A stretch of 64,000 nt of DNA from Scenedesmus sp. PABB004 (GCA_014905635.1 JABVCE010000009.1:186001-250000), one strand, 5' to 3'; shown: positions 1-13,100, counted from the stretch's first letter. Notes: a model not told the origin generated them from the sequence alone. Translations and numbers: made by a program.

Positions 1-417
1 TGCCGCGGCCGGGCTGCCGGCGCCGCGGCGGCTCGGGGCCTGCTGCAGGCAGCGCAGCGCCATGGGCGTGCTGCTGGGCGACGGAACGGCGACGCACGCG
101 GCGCGAGCCGGCGCGGTGGCCGCGGTGGCGAGCAGGCGCGGCGCGGCGCGCAGTGCGGCCAGCATGCGCCTGGGCCGCGACGCGTGCGCGGGTGCGGTCG
201 CCGGGGCCACTGGCGCGAGCGCGGTGCCGGCGCGGTGGCGGCGGGCGGCAGCGGCGGCGCAGCGGCGGCGCAGCGGCGGCGAGAGCCCTGCGCGTGCGGC
301 GCACGCCCGGGGCGGCGCCTGCTCACGGGCCGCCACAGCTCCCCTGCTGAGCGTGCCCGCATGGGGACCGCCTGAGGAGCGGCGCGCGTCGGTCAACCGC
401 CCGCGCCGCCAGCCTCG

Positions 418-3235
418 ATGTCGGACTACGAGGAGGACTTTGAGGCCTACGCGGACGAAGACGACGACTTTGAGGCACGCACGCGCCGCCGCCGCCGCCG
501 CCGCCGCCGCTGCGTGCGTGCGTGCAGGGTGCGCCCGCGCCGCCGCCGACCGCCGCATGTGCGCCGCCGCTGCCGCAGAGCGATGATGCTGAGCTGGAGG
601 TGGGGCAGCTGCCGCCGGCAGCAGCAGCGGCGGCAGCGGACGAGCAGGAGATCGGAGGCCTGCCCGCGAGCGCGTGGCCGGGCCTCGCGCCGGCGGTCGC
701 CGCGCCCCCGCCGCGCCGCGGCCGCGCGGGCGGCTTCGCGCGCGCCCTCATCCCCGCCGACGGCGGGGATGGTGGGCGGGCCGGGCCCGCCTGCGCCGCC
801 GGCGACGCCGACGGTGCCGCGGCGGTCGTCATCCTGAGCCCCGCGCCGCCGCCGGCGCTGGGCGACGCGGAGCGCGCGCGCGCGTGCCGCGCGCTCGCGC
901 GCTCCGCGCGCGCCGCACAGCGCCGCGCCGCGCCGCTCGAGGTGTCGCCGCCGCTCGTCACGTTTGCGGCGGCGCCGCTCTCCACGCACGAGCAGCTGGC
1001 GCGCGGCGTGGGCGCGTTCGCCAGCCGCCGCGGCGCGGCGTGCCAGACGCGGCAGCTGGGGCAGGACGCGCAGGAGGCGGACGTGCAGACGGGCGAGGTC
1101 GAGCAGGCGGACGGGTGCTGCCAGGCGCCGGACGACACGTACGCGGCACCGCCGCGGCGCCCGCCCGCGCGCGACCAGCGCGGCGGCGCCGCCGGCCCCG
1201 GGCCCGCCGCTGCGGTGCAGCTGCAGGACCGCGGCGCGGCGCTGGCCGCCTTCCTGGGCTGGGCGGTGCCGGAGGCGCTGGCGGAGCTCGGACGGCGGGC
1301 GCCCGGGGCGGCGGCGGCGGCGGCGGCGGGGCCGGCGTTTGCGCCCTGCGCACGGCGCGCGGCGAGCCCCCGCGGCGGCGGCACGCGCCCGCTGCTGGCC
1401 GGGGAGCTCCCGCTCGCGGCGCCGGGCGGCCTGCTGGCGGGGCGCGCGGTGCTGGCGCTGGCCTGCCCGCCGACGCCGGCGGCCGCGGCGGCGGCCGCCG
1501 CCGCAGTAGGCGCGGCGACGGGCGCGGCCGTGAGCAGCGACCTGCTGCTGGCGTGCTGCAGCGCCGTGGCCATGCCGCCCGAGGCTGCCATCAGGGAGCA
1601 CGGCCTGCCAGGCATGGCCTGCCTCGCCGTGTGGGACCTCGCGGCGGCGGCAGCGCCCGGCGGCGGGCTGCTGCAGCTGCTCGTCTGCGAGGGCGCGCCC
1701 GCCTGCTGCTGCTGGGGCGCCGGCGCCCCAGGCGGCTGGCTCGTGTTTGCAGGCGCGCGCCGCTGCGCGGCTGGCTCGCCCGCCGCGCGTCCAGCCAAAA
1801 GCCCCTGCCTCGCGCGCGCGCGCTGCTGGCGCGCAGGCATGGAGGAGGGCGGTCTGTGCTGCTGGGACCTGTCGGAGCCGGGCCGCACGCACCAGCCGTT
1901 GGAGGCGGGGCCGCAGCAGCTGGCGCTGCCGCTGCGGCGGCCCTCGTGCAGCACGGGGCTGCCGCTGCTTGACGCTGGCGACGGTGCAGGCTCTGCCGGC
2001 GCAGCGCCGGGCGCCTGGCTGAGCGGCGCGGGGGACGCCCGGATCGCCGCCCTGGCGGCGCTCCCGCCCGGCTCGGGCGGGAGCGCCTGTCTGCTGGCGT
2101 CCGGCGGCGCGGCCTGCCAGGTGGTCAGCCTGAGCGCGGCGGGGAGCGTGGCGACGTACAGCGCCGTGCTCGGCAGCGGCACGGGAGAGCTGGGCCTGGG
2201 CACCCGCGCAGGTGGGCCGCGGCGCCGCCGGCTGTGCTCGCGCGCCCTCGGGCGGCCGCTTGTTGCTGCGCCTAGCGCGCCGAGCACGCCGCCCGCAGGC
2301 AGCCGCGTGTCGCTGGTCAGGACGTTTGAGGGTGTGCCGCTGGGCGTGGAGGCGGCCAAGCCCCTGCACCTGCGGTCGAGGCAGCCGCTGCGCGCGAGCA
2401 GCCTGGCGCTCCTGCCGGGGGCGAGCCAGCAGCTGCTGGTGGGCGCCGGCGGCGGCCGCGTGCTCCGTGGCGCCTGCCTCGGCACGCCGCCGCCGCCCCG
2501 GGAGTTCCTCGCGGCGGAGCGGGCGGGCCTGCCCGGCAAGGCCGCGGGCAGCGAGGGCGGCGGCGCGCCAAACACGGCGCGCGCGGCCGACAACGACGGC
2601 GGTCAGATGCGGGTCGGGGACGTGACGAGCCTGTCCGTCTGCCCGTTGCACCCCAACGCATGGCTGGCAGGGCACAGCTGCGGCAGCGTGGCGCTGTTTG
2701 CCACGGCGCGCTCGCGCCCCGCGCTGCTCTGGCGGCAGCTGCGCGCCGCGCCCGTGTTGGCGGTCAGGTGCGGCTGCGGCGGCGGCGCAGGCGCCGCGCA
2801 CGCTGCAGCGTGCGAGCCGCCTGAGCGCCCCCGCCCACCGCACGCGCGCTCTGCTGCGGCAGGTGGGTGCCGGCGCGGCCGTGCGCTTTCCTGGTGCTGC
2901 ACGCGGACGGCGCCCTCCTCGCGCTGGACCTCGCCCGCGACCCTCGCCGCCCCGCGGCGGTCGTTGACCTGGCCCAGCAGCAGCAGGCCAGCGCTCCCGG
3001 CGGCGCGCCCTGCTGCATGGAGGTGCTCGCCAGCAGCAGGAGCGGGAGCAGCAGCAGTGGCGGCGCCAGCGTGGCCGCGGCAGCGGCCGAGACGGCGGCA
3101 TGCATGGTGGCGGTCGGGCACGCTGGCGGGCGCGCCGCGGTGTACCGCCTGGCCGACGAGTGGGCGGGCTCGCGGTCGTCCGGCGGCGCCGCGGACGAGC
3201 TGAGCATGCTGACCGCGCTGCTGGCCGGCTGCTGA
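418..3235 (+). CDS. WDR60: WD40 protein, cytoplasmic dynein-2 intermediate chain-like (WDR60/FAP163); multi-exon
   Basis: Spliced reading MSDYEEDFEAY..., QTRQLGQDAQEADVQTGEVEQ, VFAGMEEGGLCCWDLSE, LRRPSCST, VRWVPARPCAFLVL matches remembered WDR60 motifs; stop at 3233-3235. Confidence 0.7.
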
Positions 3236-4865
3236 GCGACAGGCACCCGCCTCGCCGCGCCCTGGTCGGTGCTTACCAAGTGCGTGAGGGGCGGCAAGCG
3301 TGCTCGGCGTACAGCGGCTCGGTTCCGTTTGTTTTGAACCCGCGCTGCACAGCACCCGCCGCCCGCCGCCTTAGGGCAGTTCTCGCCTCGGCAGTGGGTT
3401 GGGTTTTTGTTGCGCCCGCGCCCGCGCCCGCGAATCAGAGTCCACTCCTTGCGCACGTCCATGGCAAGGCTGGGGCCTCTTCAGTTGAGTGCAGTCCTCC
3501 GTGCGTGCAATGCGCAGCACGCGCACACAGCGCCACACGCTGGGTCTGCGCGCGCGCTGCGCACGACAGTTCCTGCTCCTGCTCCTGCTTCGTCCATCCC
3601 CGCGGCGGATGGCGACACGATTACCGTCGTCGTCTGATGACGTGGCGGCCGCACGCACGCGCAGGTCACGCGCGCCCTCCAGCCGGGCAGCAGTGCCCGG
3701 GCGGCTGCAGTGTGTGGCGGCGTCCGCGTAGGCGGTGCAGGCGGTGCAGGCGGTGGGCTCGCGCCGACGCGGCCCAGGCGTTCGATAATGTGGCCCGAGT
3801 GGGCCAGCAAGCGGCTCCACAACAACAAGAGCTGTTCTCAACAAGAAGAACAGTGAGTGCGCCAGGCGTCCGAGCAGGAAGGACGGGTGTAAGGCGGACG
3901 GGGACGACCCGAGGACGCGTGGTGGGCGCAATGTGCTGGCAAGTGGCCACCTCCCACATCTTGGCAGTCTCCGCCGCCGACGCGCGTGGCATCAAGCATC
4001 AGCCGCCGCCCCGCGTGGCATCAAGCATCATCGCCGTCCAGTGTGAAAATACGAAGACAAGCCGCCCTCCGCCAGCGCCCAACCGCGCGCGCATCTGCAC
4101 ACAAGCTGGGGCCAGGAAAAGCGACGGATGCTGATCCAACAGCAGTGCTGCAGCCAGCCGCAGCTGTGCAGGGGGGACCTGATCGGGGCCCGCCGCGCTG
4201 CCGCGGCTCGGCTGCCTGCAGCAGCGTGCAGCTGCCGTCCAAGGGGACAGCAGCGCCGGTGCGCCAAATAACATGCAGCCCGCCGCCCGGCGTGGGGCTG
4301 CACGGCGCTATTGAGTGAGCGCGCGCTATTGAAGGTGGTGCGCGCGCGACCGCGCGCTTGAGAGTGCCAGGCGCCGCAGCGCCGGCCACCGGCGCAGTCC
4401 AGGGACGCCAAGCCGCCATGCGGCCGGTGTTTGAGCCGCCGAGTGCTGCGCGCCGCCATCACGCGCGCGCCGCATCCCGCGCGCGAGCGCAGTGGCAAGA
4501 GAGTCTGTGTGTGGGGAGGGAGAGGGAGAGGGGACGCCTTGCAGGCCCGGGGGCCGCCCAAGCCACACAGTGCACACAGAGCACACAGTACAACCGACCG
4601 ACTCGGGCGTGGGCCACGCCCGCCGACCGCGCCCCCAGCTCAGCGTGCCGCTGGCACGCTGCAGCCGCGAGTCGCGGCAGGGCGGGGGTGGCCTAGCAGC
4701 GCCGCAGAATGACAGGCCCCTCCAGTGCACCCAGCCAGAGTCTGGGACGCAGGACGCAACAGTTTCGCCCATGCTCAAGCCAAGCACACGCCCGCCGCCG
4801 CATAGAGGCTGCACGCATGCGCGCCCGCACGCGGCCGTGGCCACACACAAGACCGCGCGCAGCGG

Positions 4866-7800
4866 TCACACAAACCACGCGGCGCCGCGTGCGCTGCCGC
4901 TGTGGTCGAGCGCCGGCGGCATCGGCTCGCTGATGTTGTGCCCGTATGCCGCATAGACAGTGTCCAGGCCCAGCACGCCCTCGCAGTGCGCGCCCGGCGC
5001 CGCGCCGACCGTCGCCGCGCGCGCGAGCGCGGCGGCGCCCGGCGCGCCTGGCGAGCCGCGCTCGGCCGCGAGGTTGTCGCCGAACGACGTCAGCACGCCG
5101 CCCGCGCTGCTGATGTAGTTGGCGAGGCTGCTGCTGTCGCCGCTGCCGTCGCCGGCGTCGTCGGCCCGCGCGGCGGCCGCGGCCTCGGCGGCCGCGGCGC
5201 TGTCGGCGGCCATCGCAGCCAGCAGCTCCTTCTGCTTCCACGTTGCGCGCCGGGGGATGGGCTTGCGCAGCAGCGCGGGCACCGCGCCGCCGTCGGGCGG
5301 GGGCGCTTCGCCGCGCTCGCTGCCGCTGCCCGCACTCGCGCGCAGGCCGCCGCTGCCCTGGCTGCTCATGCTGCTCGGGGCTGCACCGCCGCCGCCGCCG
5401 CCGCCGCGACCGCTGCCGCTGCCGCTGCCGCCGTGGCAGCTGCCGCTGCCGCCGTGTGGCGCGCTGCCCCGGGACGAGCCGCCGCCGCCGCCGCCGCCGC
5501 CGCCGGAACCGGTGCGGGTGGTGCCGCCGCCGCCGCCGCCATCACTCGGCGGCGCACCCGCCGCCGGCGCCTCCTTGCCCGCCGCGGCCCCGCCCGACGG
5601 CTCTTCGCCCGCCGCCGCCTCGCCGGGCAGCGGCGCGCCGCCGCCCGCGCCGTCCGCGCCGTCCGCGCCGGGTGCGGCCGCCGCCGCGGCGAGGCGCGTG
5701 CTGCGCAGGGCGATCATGAAGTCAAGGGCCTCAATCACCGCGGCGATGCTCGGCCGCTCGGCCGGCTCCGCGGTCCACGCGTGCTCTATGAGCTGGTGGA
5801 GGTCGTCCGGCATGTCGTCGGGGATCTGGGGCCGCAGGTTGTGCCGCACCACAATGTCGAAGAACTGGAAAAAGTGCAGCGCCTTGAAGGCGGGCTGGTT
5901 GCAGAAGACCTGGCGCGCGCGGGGAGGGAGGGGAGCGGGTGTAGGACACGCGACGCGCGCCGACGCGGCACGCGCAAAGTGTGGCGCGCGCGCGTTCGTG
6001 CGCGGCGCGCGCGCGTGCCCACACCTCCCAGCACATGACGCCGAACGCGTAGACGTCGCCGGCGGCGGACATCTTGCCTTGCGACAGCAGCTCTGCGCGC
6101 GGACGCGCGGCGGCGCGGGTCTCGCCGGCCCGCCCGGCCGATCCGCGCGCACGGCACAAGGGCTCCCAGCCCCCTGCTCCAGCCACCCACCCGGAGGCGC
6201 GTGGCTCATTGTGCCGCACGTGTTGGTCGTGCGGTGGGTCTGGTGCTGCCGGATGACGCGGCTTAGGCCCAGGTCAGCGATCTTGGCCTGCACGCCAAAC
6301 GGCGTCCCCGCGCAGCTCGAGACGAGCACGTTCCGCGCGTTCTGAGCGGCAGGCACGGACGCGGCAGGGGCGGGCGCGGCAGGGGCGGCGGCGTGAGGCC
6401 CGGCGTGTCGCAGGCGCAGGCGGCGAGCCGCGCGCGCGCCGCACCAGGTCGCCGTGCACGACGCTGCCGTTGTGCAGCACCTCCAGCCCGCGCGCGCAGT
6501 CGCGCAGCAGCACGAGCAGGCGCAGGACGCGCTCGTCGCCCGCCAGCGGCAGCGGCAGCTTGGCCGCGAGCGCGGTGAGGGTCCCGCAGTCACAGTACTC
6601 CGTGATCAGCCTGGGAGGGAGAGAGGGAGAGAGAGAGCGTCAAGGATCTGGGTCAACGGGGTTCGCTTGACGGCGCTCAGCCAGGGGCCAGCGCTGCGCG
6701 GCGGGCTCACCAGGTCTCGGCGCGCGCCGCCCCGTCCTCCGTAAGGCCGTGGCTGTTTGTGCGGTTTGTGCCGCTGTGCAGCCCCGCCCACGCCGCCGCG
6801 TCGGCGCTGCTGGGCTCCATCGAGTGCCCCGGCGACATCGCGGCCAGGCCCTTGCTGCCGCCCGGCGTGAGGCACGCGGAGCCGGCGGCCGAGTTCGGCT
6901 GCGGCGGCGCCGCCGCGGCGGGCGCAAACGCGCTCGGGCCGCCGCCACGCAGGGCGGCGAGGCCGCGGCTGCCGGCGCTGCCGGTGCTGTGGTACGCTGC
7001 CTCCACGGCGGCCGCGGCGGAGCGCGGCGTGCACGCGAACGAGCGCGGCGACGCGCCGCCGCCGCTGACGGGCGTGCCGTGCAGCGACGGCGAGCCCGCC
7101 GCGAGCAGGCTGGCAACCGGGTTGCCGCTGCCGCTGCTCGCGGCCGGCAGCGCCGAGGCGCCGCTGCCCTGCTTGGCGAGCGCGGCGACCGCCACGGCGA
7201 CGCTGCCGCCCGTGCCGCCGTGCGCCATGCTCGCGGTCGCGGGGCTGCCGGGCTCCGCGCTGGACAGGCTGGCGTCGCGCTGCGCGCGCTTGAACGTGAC
7301 GCACCGGAACGCGCGCACCTGGTGGCGGCGGCGGCGGCGGCGCGTTGGCGCGTGGGCGGCCGCGGAGCCGGGCCGATCCCGCGCCGCGGGCTGAGCTCGC
7401 AACGCTGCAGAGCCAGCGCGCTTTGATCAGTCAAACACAGCACGAGCACAGAGTCAACACAGGCGCAGCTCACTATGTTTGGGTGGTTGAACTGCATCAT
7501 CAGCGCGACCTCGTTCTCCACGACCTGCGACGCGTAGCCGCCCGAGTGCTCGATCACCTTCACAGCGACCTGACGCCCCGCCCAGCGCGCGAGGAAGACG
7601 CGCCCGAAGCTCCCTGCGGGGCGTTCGGAGAGGTTTGGGGTCGCAAGGGTGGGCCGTCTTGCGGCGGCGGCGGCGGCGGCGCGCTGCGCGCAGCTGGCCG
7701 GCCGGCGCCGGGCGCGGCGGCGGGGGAGGGGAACGGAGCGGGGCTCACCGGCGCCGATGCAGCGACCAAAGAGCACGCGGTCGTCGTCCAGCGGGCCGAT

Positions 7801-9640
7801 GAGGGGCGTGGTGAGGCAGTGCGCCATCTGCCAGCCCTTGCGCGTGCCGCGCGGCTCCCACACCACGTCAGCCTCGTCGTCGTCGCCCCTGCGCGCGCGG
7901 CGGCGGCGGCGGCGGCGGCGCCAGCGCTCGCTCGCTCGCTTGCTCGCGCGCGCGCCCGCTGCCTTGCCCGCCTGGCGCCTGGCGTCTGCAGCTCGCGCGC
8001 GCGCGTGCGCACCCGCTGCTGTTCGTCGCGCCGCGCTCGAGGTCGCAGCCGGAGCCAGCCGAGCCGCGGTAGCGGGCCTTGCCGCCTTGCTGCTGCGCCG
8101 CGGCGCGGCGCGCGCGCCAGCACCACACGCCGCCGCCCGCCGCAACGAGCAGCATGCCTGCGGCAGCGCGCGTGCGCGCGCGTGCAGCGGCTCAGCGGGG
8201 GCGCGCGTGCGCGCCTCGTGGCGCCCCCGCTGCCACCTCACGCGCGCGCCGCGCGCGCGCTCGCGCGCACCCGCCACGCCGCCCGCGACCGCCGCGGCGA
8301 TGGTCGCGACCGGCACGCCGCCGCCGCGCCCGCCGCGCTGCTGGCGCTCCTCGTACTGATCAATCAAAAGGTTGACGCTGCGAGGCGAAGGTTTGAGGTT
8401 TAGGGTTTTGCGGCGGTGTGCGCGCGAGTGCGGGATCGCTCGAGCGCCGACCCGCGGCGGCGCGCCGTGCCGCGCCCGCGCCCGCGCGGCGGCGCGGGCG
8501 CTCACCAGTAGTCGGGGCTGCGCGACGCCAGGCAGGACGCGGGCACGTGCTCCAGGCACAGCCGGACCTTGTCGCTCTCGGACAGCGCGTAGCCGCCGAA
8601 CGACGGCGCGCCCTCCTGGGCTGCGCGCGCGCGCGCGGCGTGGCGCGTGGGGCGGCGGCGCTCGGCCGCGCGCGCGCGCGCGCGGGGCTCCGCCGCCCGG
8701 CCGCCGCGCCCCGGCCGCCGCTGCCCGCGGCGTGCTGCCGCCGCCGCCGCCACCGTGGCACGCGGGCGCCGCCGCCGTGGCACGCGGGCGCCGCCGCCGT
8801 GGCACGCGGGCGCACGCACCGGTGAGTGGGACGTCTGAGGTGAAGTCGTCCATCGCGAGCGCATCAGTATACGTGCGGCCCTCGTACGTCACGTTTACGA
8901 AGCGGAAGCGCTGCGGCGCGTGCGCGCCGGGCAGCAGCACGCTGCGCGGCGTCTTGGCGACGAGCGTGGCGAGGTGCTGCGGCGGCGTGCAGGCGATGCG
9001 GAGCTTGAAGACGTGGTGCGCGATGATGCGGCTGCCCGGCTGGCCCAGGAAGGCGTCGTACGTAGAGCCCGTGCCGCGGCGCTCGTTTGTGAGCGTGATG
9101 TTGGCGAAGAGCAGCGTGCAGTCGCCGCACAGCTCCAAGATCGCGCGGCGGAAGTGCAGGTCGAGCAGCGTGTCCAGGCCGTGCGCGCCGGTGATGGTCA
9201 CGTTCCTGCGCGCGCAGGAACGCGCAGCGCGCGCCGCGGCAGCGGCGGCGGGTGGGCGGGGCGGGAGGGGCGGAGGGGCGCGCCGCTGGCGGCCAGCAGG
9301 GCGCATCGGCGGCCCGGCGCCGGCGGGCGGCGGGCGGCGCCGGCGCTGGCCGGCGGCGCGCGTGCGGTGCCGCCGCCGCGCCGCCGCCGCTGCTTGCGCA
9401 CCGGTTCACGAGGAGGGGGTCTGTGCGGGCCGAGAATTCGTTGCCGATGTCGTACCGCGAGCCGTTGATGACGATCTCGCGCACGGTAGGGTCGCTGAGC
9501 GCGGCCAGGAGGCTCTCGGAGGCGCCATCCCCGCCGCCCTGGGCCACGAAGGCCGTGCGCGTCGCCGCGCTGCCGCCCGGACGCGCGAGCAAGGACAGGG
9601 AGACCGCCAAACACAGCAGCACCACGCGCCGGCGCTTCAT
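4866..9640 (-). CDS. Single-pass receptor-like protein kinase (TKL-like); multi-exon
   Basis: Signal peptide MKRRRVVLLCLAVSLSLLA; Cys-containing ectodomain; TM VPVATIAAAVAGGVAG-VLLVAAGGGVWCW; kinase motifs IGAGSFGRV, VAVK, HGDL-NARN, KIADLGLS, GTMSHAPPE, DVYAFGVMCWE, ERP. Confidence 0.88.
8753..8813. repeat. ~3x 22-bp direct repeat ccgtggcacgcgggcgccgccg in a kinase intron
   Basis: Read directly from sequence. Confidence 0.85.
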
Positions 9641-10043
9641 GGCGGGTGGCACCGAAAGGTCGCAGTCTCGCGCTCGCGGTCGCGCTCGGTGTCGGGGCTC
9701 CGCGCAACCTCCGCCCGACACCTCACGACACCTCACTGCACCGCCGTGAGCTAGCAGCGGCCGCTCCTGACGGTGCGCGGCTGCGGCGGACTCCGCTCGG
9801 CCGCGCGCGTGACCTCTAATCGCGCTGGAGCTGGCACGAAAAAAGTGGTGGATCGCTGAAGCGACGAAACTCTGGGGCGCGGGCGGCGCGGTTGCGCGCC
9901 TGAGCACACAACGGCGGCGTTGCAAAACCAGTGACGCCTCGAAGCGCAGCCGCCGCGCGCGGCAAGCGCGCAGCGCGGCGCACGCGTTTTCTAGACGGCG
10001 CACCGCGCCAACGCGGCACGATCATGCACGAGCTGGCCGGGGC

Positions 10044-10048
10044 TTACA
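10044..10048 (-). promoter_or_regulatory. TGTAA (UGUAA) chlorophyte polyadenylation signal for VMS1
   Basis: ttaca on + strand ~130 nt past the stop; similar sites at 26274, 36259, 48343 (minus) and 56249 (plus). Confidence 0.55.
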
Positions 10049-10178
10049 CCCTAACTTACTCGCCCGCCGGGCCGGCGGCTGGCCGCGACGAGCACGCCGC
10101 CGAGCGCGGCCGCCACGAGCGCCTTGCCCGCCAGGCTGGCCCAGTCGGCGGAGAACAGGCCCCAGCGTCGCCTCTGGC

Positions 10179-13100
10179 TCACCTGCGGCCGCGGCGGCAC
10201 AGGGCGGGCGGGCGGTGTCGGCTGGTGGCCGCCGAGGAGGGAGGGCTCGTGCGCTCGAGCGGCCGCGCGCCAGGCACTGACCAGAGCTTCTGCTGCTGCT
10301 GCAGTGCCTTGAGCCGCGCCTCGGCCGCCGCCGCGAGCTGCTCCCTCCGCCGCAGCGCGTCCTCCGCGGCAGCCTTGGCGGCAGCGGCGGCGGCGGGCCC
10401 CCCGCCCCTCCTGCCGCCGCCCCCGCCGCTGCCCACCTGGCTGCCCTTGCCAGTCGCGGCGGCCCTGCCGGGGGCGGCGGGGGAGAAAGAGGGGGCGGAG
10501 GGGGCGAGACGGGGGGAGGGGCGCTCAGGCGTAAGTCAGCAGGCGCACGGCGCGCCACCCGGCGGCGCTCGGCGCACCTGCTGCTGATGGCGGCCGCCTC
10601 CGCCATCGCCGCCGCCAGCTCGTCGTCAAAGCTGCCCGCCCCGCCCGCCGGCGCAGCAGCGCCCGCCGCCGCGCCGCTGCCGCCGCCGCCGCCACCGCCG
10701 CCGCCCTTGCCCTGCTTGGCCTTTTGCCGCGCGCGCTTGTCGGCCTGCGGGCGGGCGGCGCGCGCGCTCAGGCGGGCCCGCGCCGTGCGGCACTGCGCCG
10801 CGCCGCAAGCCGCACGCCGCGCCGCGCCTTTTTGCTGAGCTGCGCCGCCTCCATCTCCTCCGTGAGCGCGCTGGGGATGTCGGACTGCGCGTAGTCCCAG
10901 GCGTCGGGGTTGGCCGCAAGGAAGCGCCGGAAGGCGTCCCGCACCTGCAGCGCGGCGGCGGCGCGGCGGCGGCGTCGGCATCGGCGACGGCGCCGCGCCG
11001 CCGCGCCGCAGCGGCGTAGGCCAGCGCTGCCGCGAGCAGGGCTCGCCCGCGGGCGGCCCGCACCTCCTTGCTGGCCGCCAGCGCGTAGGGCGTGCGGCCC
11101 TTGGAGTCGCGGGCGCAGGGGTCGTGGCCGTTGGCGAGCAGCCGCGCGACGCGCTCTGCGTCGCCAGCCTTGGACGCCTTGGCCAGCGCCGGCTCCTCCT
11201 GCGGCGCGGCGGCGCGGCGCGCGTGGGACCGCCGCGCAGCGCGTTCGCGCTCGCGCCGCCCGCCGCGGCCGCGCGCTCTCGCGCAAACGCACCGGCTTTT
11301 TGGCGGCGCCCGCGGGGCTGACGCCGCCGAGCGGCGCCGCCGGGAGCTCGGGCACCACCGCCGCCGCCTGCTGCGCCGTCTTGACCGGCTTGCCGCCGCC
11401 GCCGCCGCCGCCCTCGGGCGCGTCGCTGGGCTCCGGCAGCGTCACGTGCCGCACGCTGCCCAGCACCAGCAGCACGCGCTTCAGCTCGGAGAACGTCGGC
11501 CGCTGCGTCACAAACGGCACGCGCCGCAGCCGCGCGTCCGACGGGTCCAGCGCGCCGCCCGCGCCGCCCGCGGCGCCGGGCAGCGGCGCCGCGTCGGACG
11601 CGGCGGCGAAGAGCGCGCGCGCGTTGGAGCCGGGCGCGGCGACAAAGACCAGCGCCGCGGCGTCGAGCCAGGGCGCCCACTCGCGCAGCAGGCCGGCGAT
11701 GTCGCGCTGCAGCGCCGCCTCGTTGTAGCGGCGCAGGCGGCTGCCCGCGCTGCGCGCAAACTTGCCCGTCGCGTCCTTGGTCGACTGCTTGCCGCCCGCC
11801 TTGGCCCTGGCGGCGGCGGCGGCGACGGCGGCGGCGGCGGGCGATCGGCGGCGGCGTCGCAGCGCGGCCGCTGCAGCGCAGCCGCCGCGGCTGCGCCGCC
11901 GGCGCACCTGACCACGTAGCGGTGGAAGGTCTTGTGTGCGAGCACCTGAAACGGCTCGGGCGGCGGCGCCGGCTGGCCCGCGCGCGGGCGCTGCTGCGCC
12001 GCCGGCTTCGCCTGGCTGCTCGAGGCCGCGGCCGCCGCGGCCGCGCCGGCCGCCGGCTGCTGCGCCGGGGCGGCCGCGCCGGCGCTGCTGCTCTTGATGC
12101 GGACCACCGCCGCCGCAAAGTGGCCGCCGCGCAGCATGAGCAGCGCCCAGATGCAGCCGCCAGTGTCCGGCTGCCCCGCGCTCGCCGCCGCGGCGCCGGC
12201 GGCCGGGTTGTACGCGTCCGGGGCGCGCCGCAGCGCCCGCAGCGTCGCCAGCAGGTGCTGCGGGCTGGCCGCCTCGTGCCGCTGCCTGTGGCTGTCGGGG
12301 AGCAGCAGGCAGCGCCAGACCGCAAAGCCCGACCCGTCGGCGCCCTGGAACACCGCCTGCGCGCCCTGGATCGTGTCGCCCCCGGCGCCGCGCCGCCGCC
12401 GCGGCGGGCCGCCGCCGCCCTCGCCGTCGCTGCCGTCCTCGTCGTCGCTGTCCGACTCGGTGTCCGAGCCGGAGATGCTCGACACCTGCCGGGCGGCCGC
12501 AGGCGCCGGTCGGGCGGGCGAGAGCGGGCGGCGGCGTCGGGCGGGCGCGGCGGCGGCGGCGGCGGGCGAGTGAGTGAGCGCGGCGCTGCTAGCTGCGGCA
12601 GCCCGCACGTCCGCCGGCGCTGCAGCGGCGCGGCGCGGCGCCGCGGCGCGCTCACGTCGTCGCCTGCTTCGATGAGCGCGCCAAACTCGGCCTCGCTGAG
12701 CGGCGGCTTCTTGTCGAGCCGGCGCTTCAGGTTGTAGCGGTGCCAGTCGCTCTTGAAGTGCGCGCGCTGCTCCGCCGACGACGCGAAGCCCTGGCTCGCG
12801 ACGCCGATGCCGCACGCGATGCAGGTGGAGCCGGCGCCCTCGGCCCAGCCGCTGCTGGGCCCCGCCGGGGGCTGCTGCTCGGCCTCGGCCGCCGCGGCGG
12901 CGGCGGTCGGGCTGCGGCAGCGGCAGCAGCGGCGGCGGCGGGCGCGGCGCCGCGCGTCGTGCGCCGCCGGCGCGCTGCGGGCCGCTGCAGCGCCTGGGCG
13001 ACAGGCAGGGCCGCTCCTCTGCCGGTGGGCGGCATCGGGGGCGGCCAGCGCGGCGCCAGCGCGCACCTGGCGGGGCCATCGGCCTCCACGCCCGCAGCCG

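Noticed and set aside
1..63. Possible minus-strand gene start MALRCLQQAP at the window edge
   Set aside because: Too short to support.
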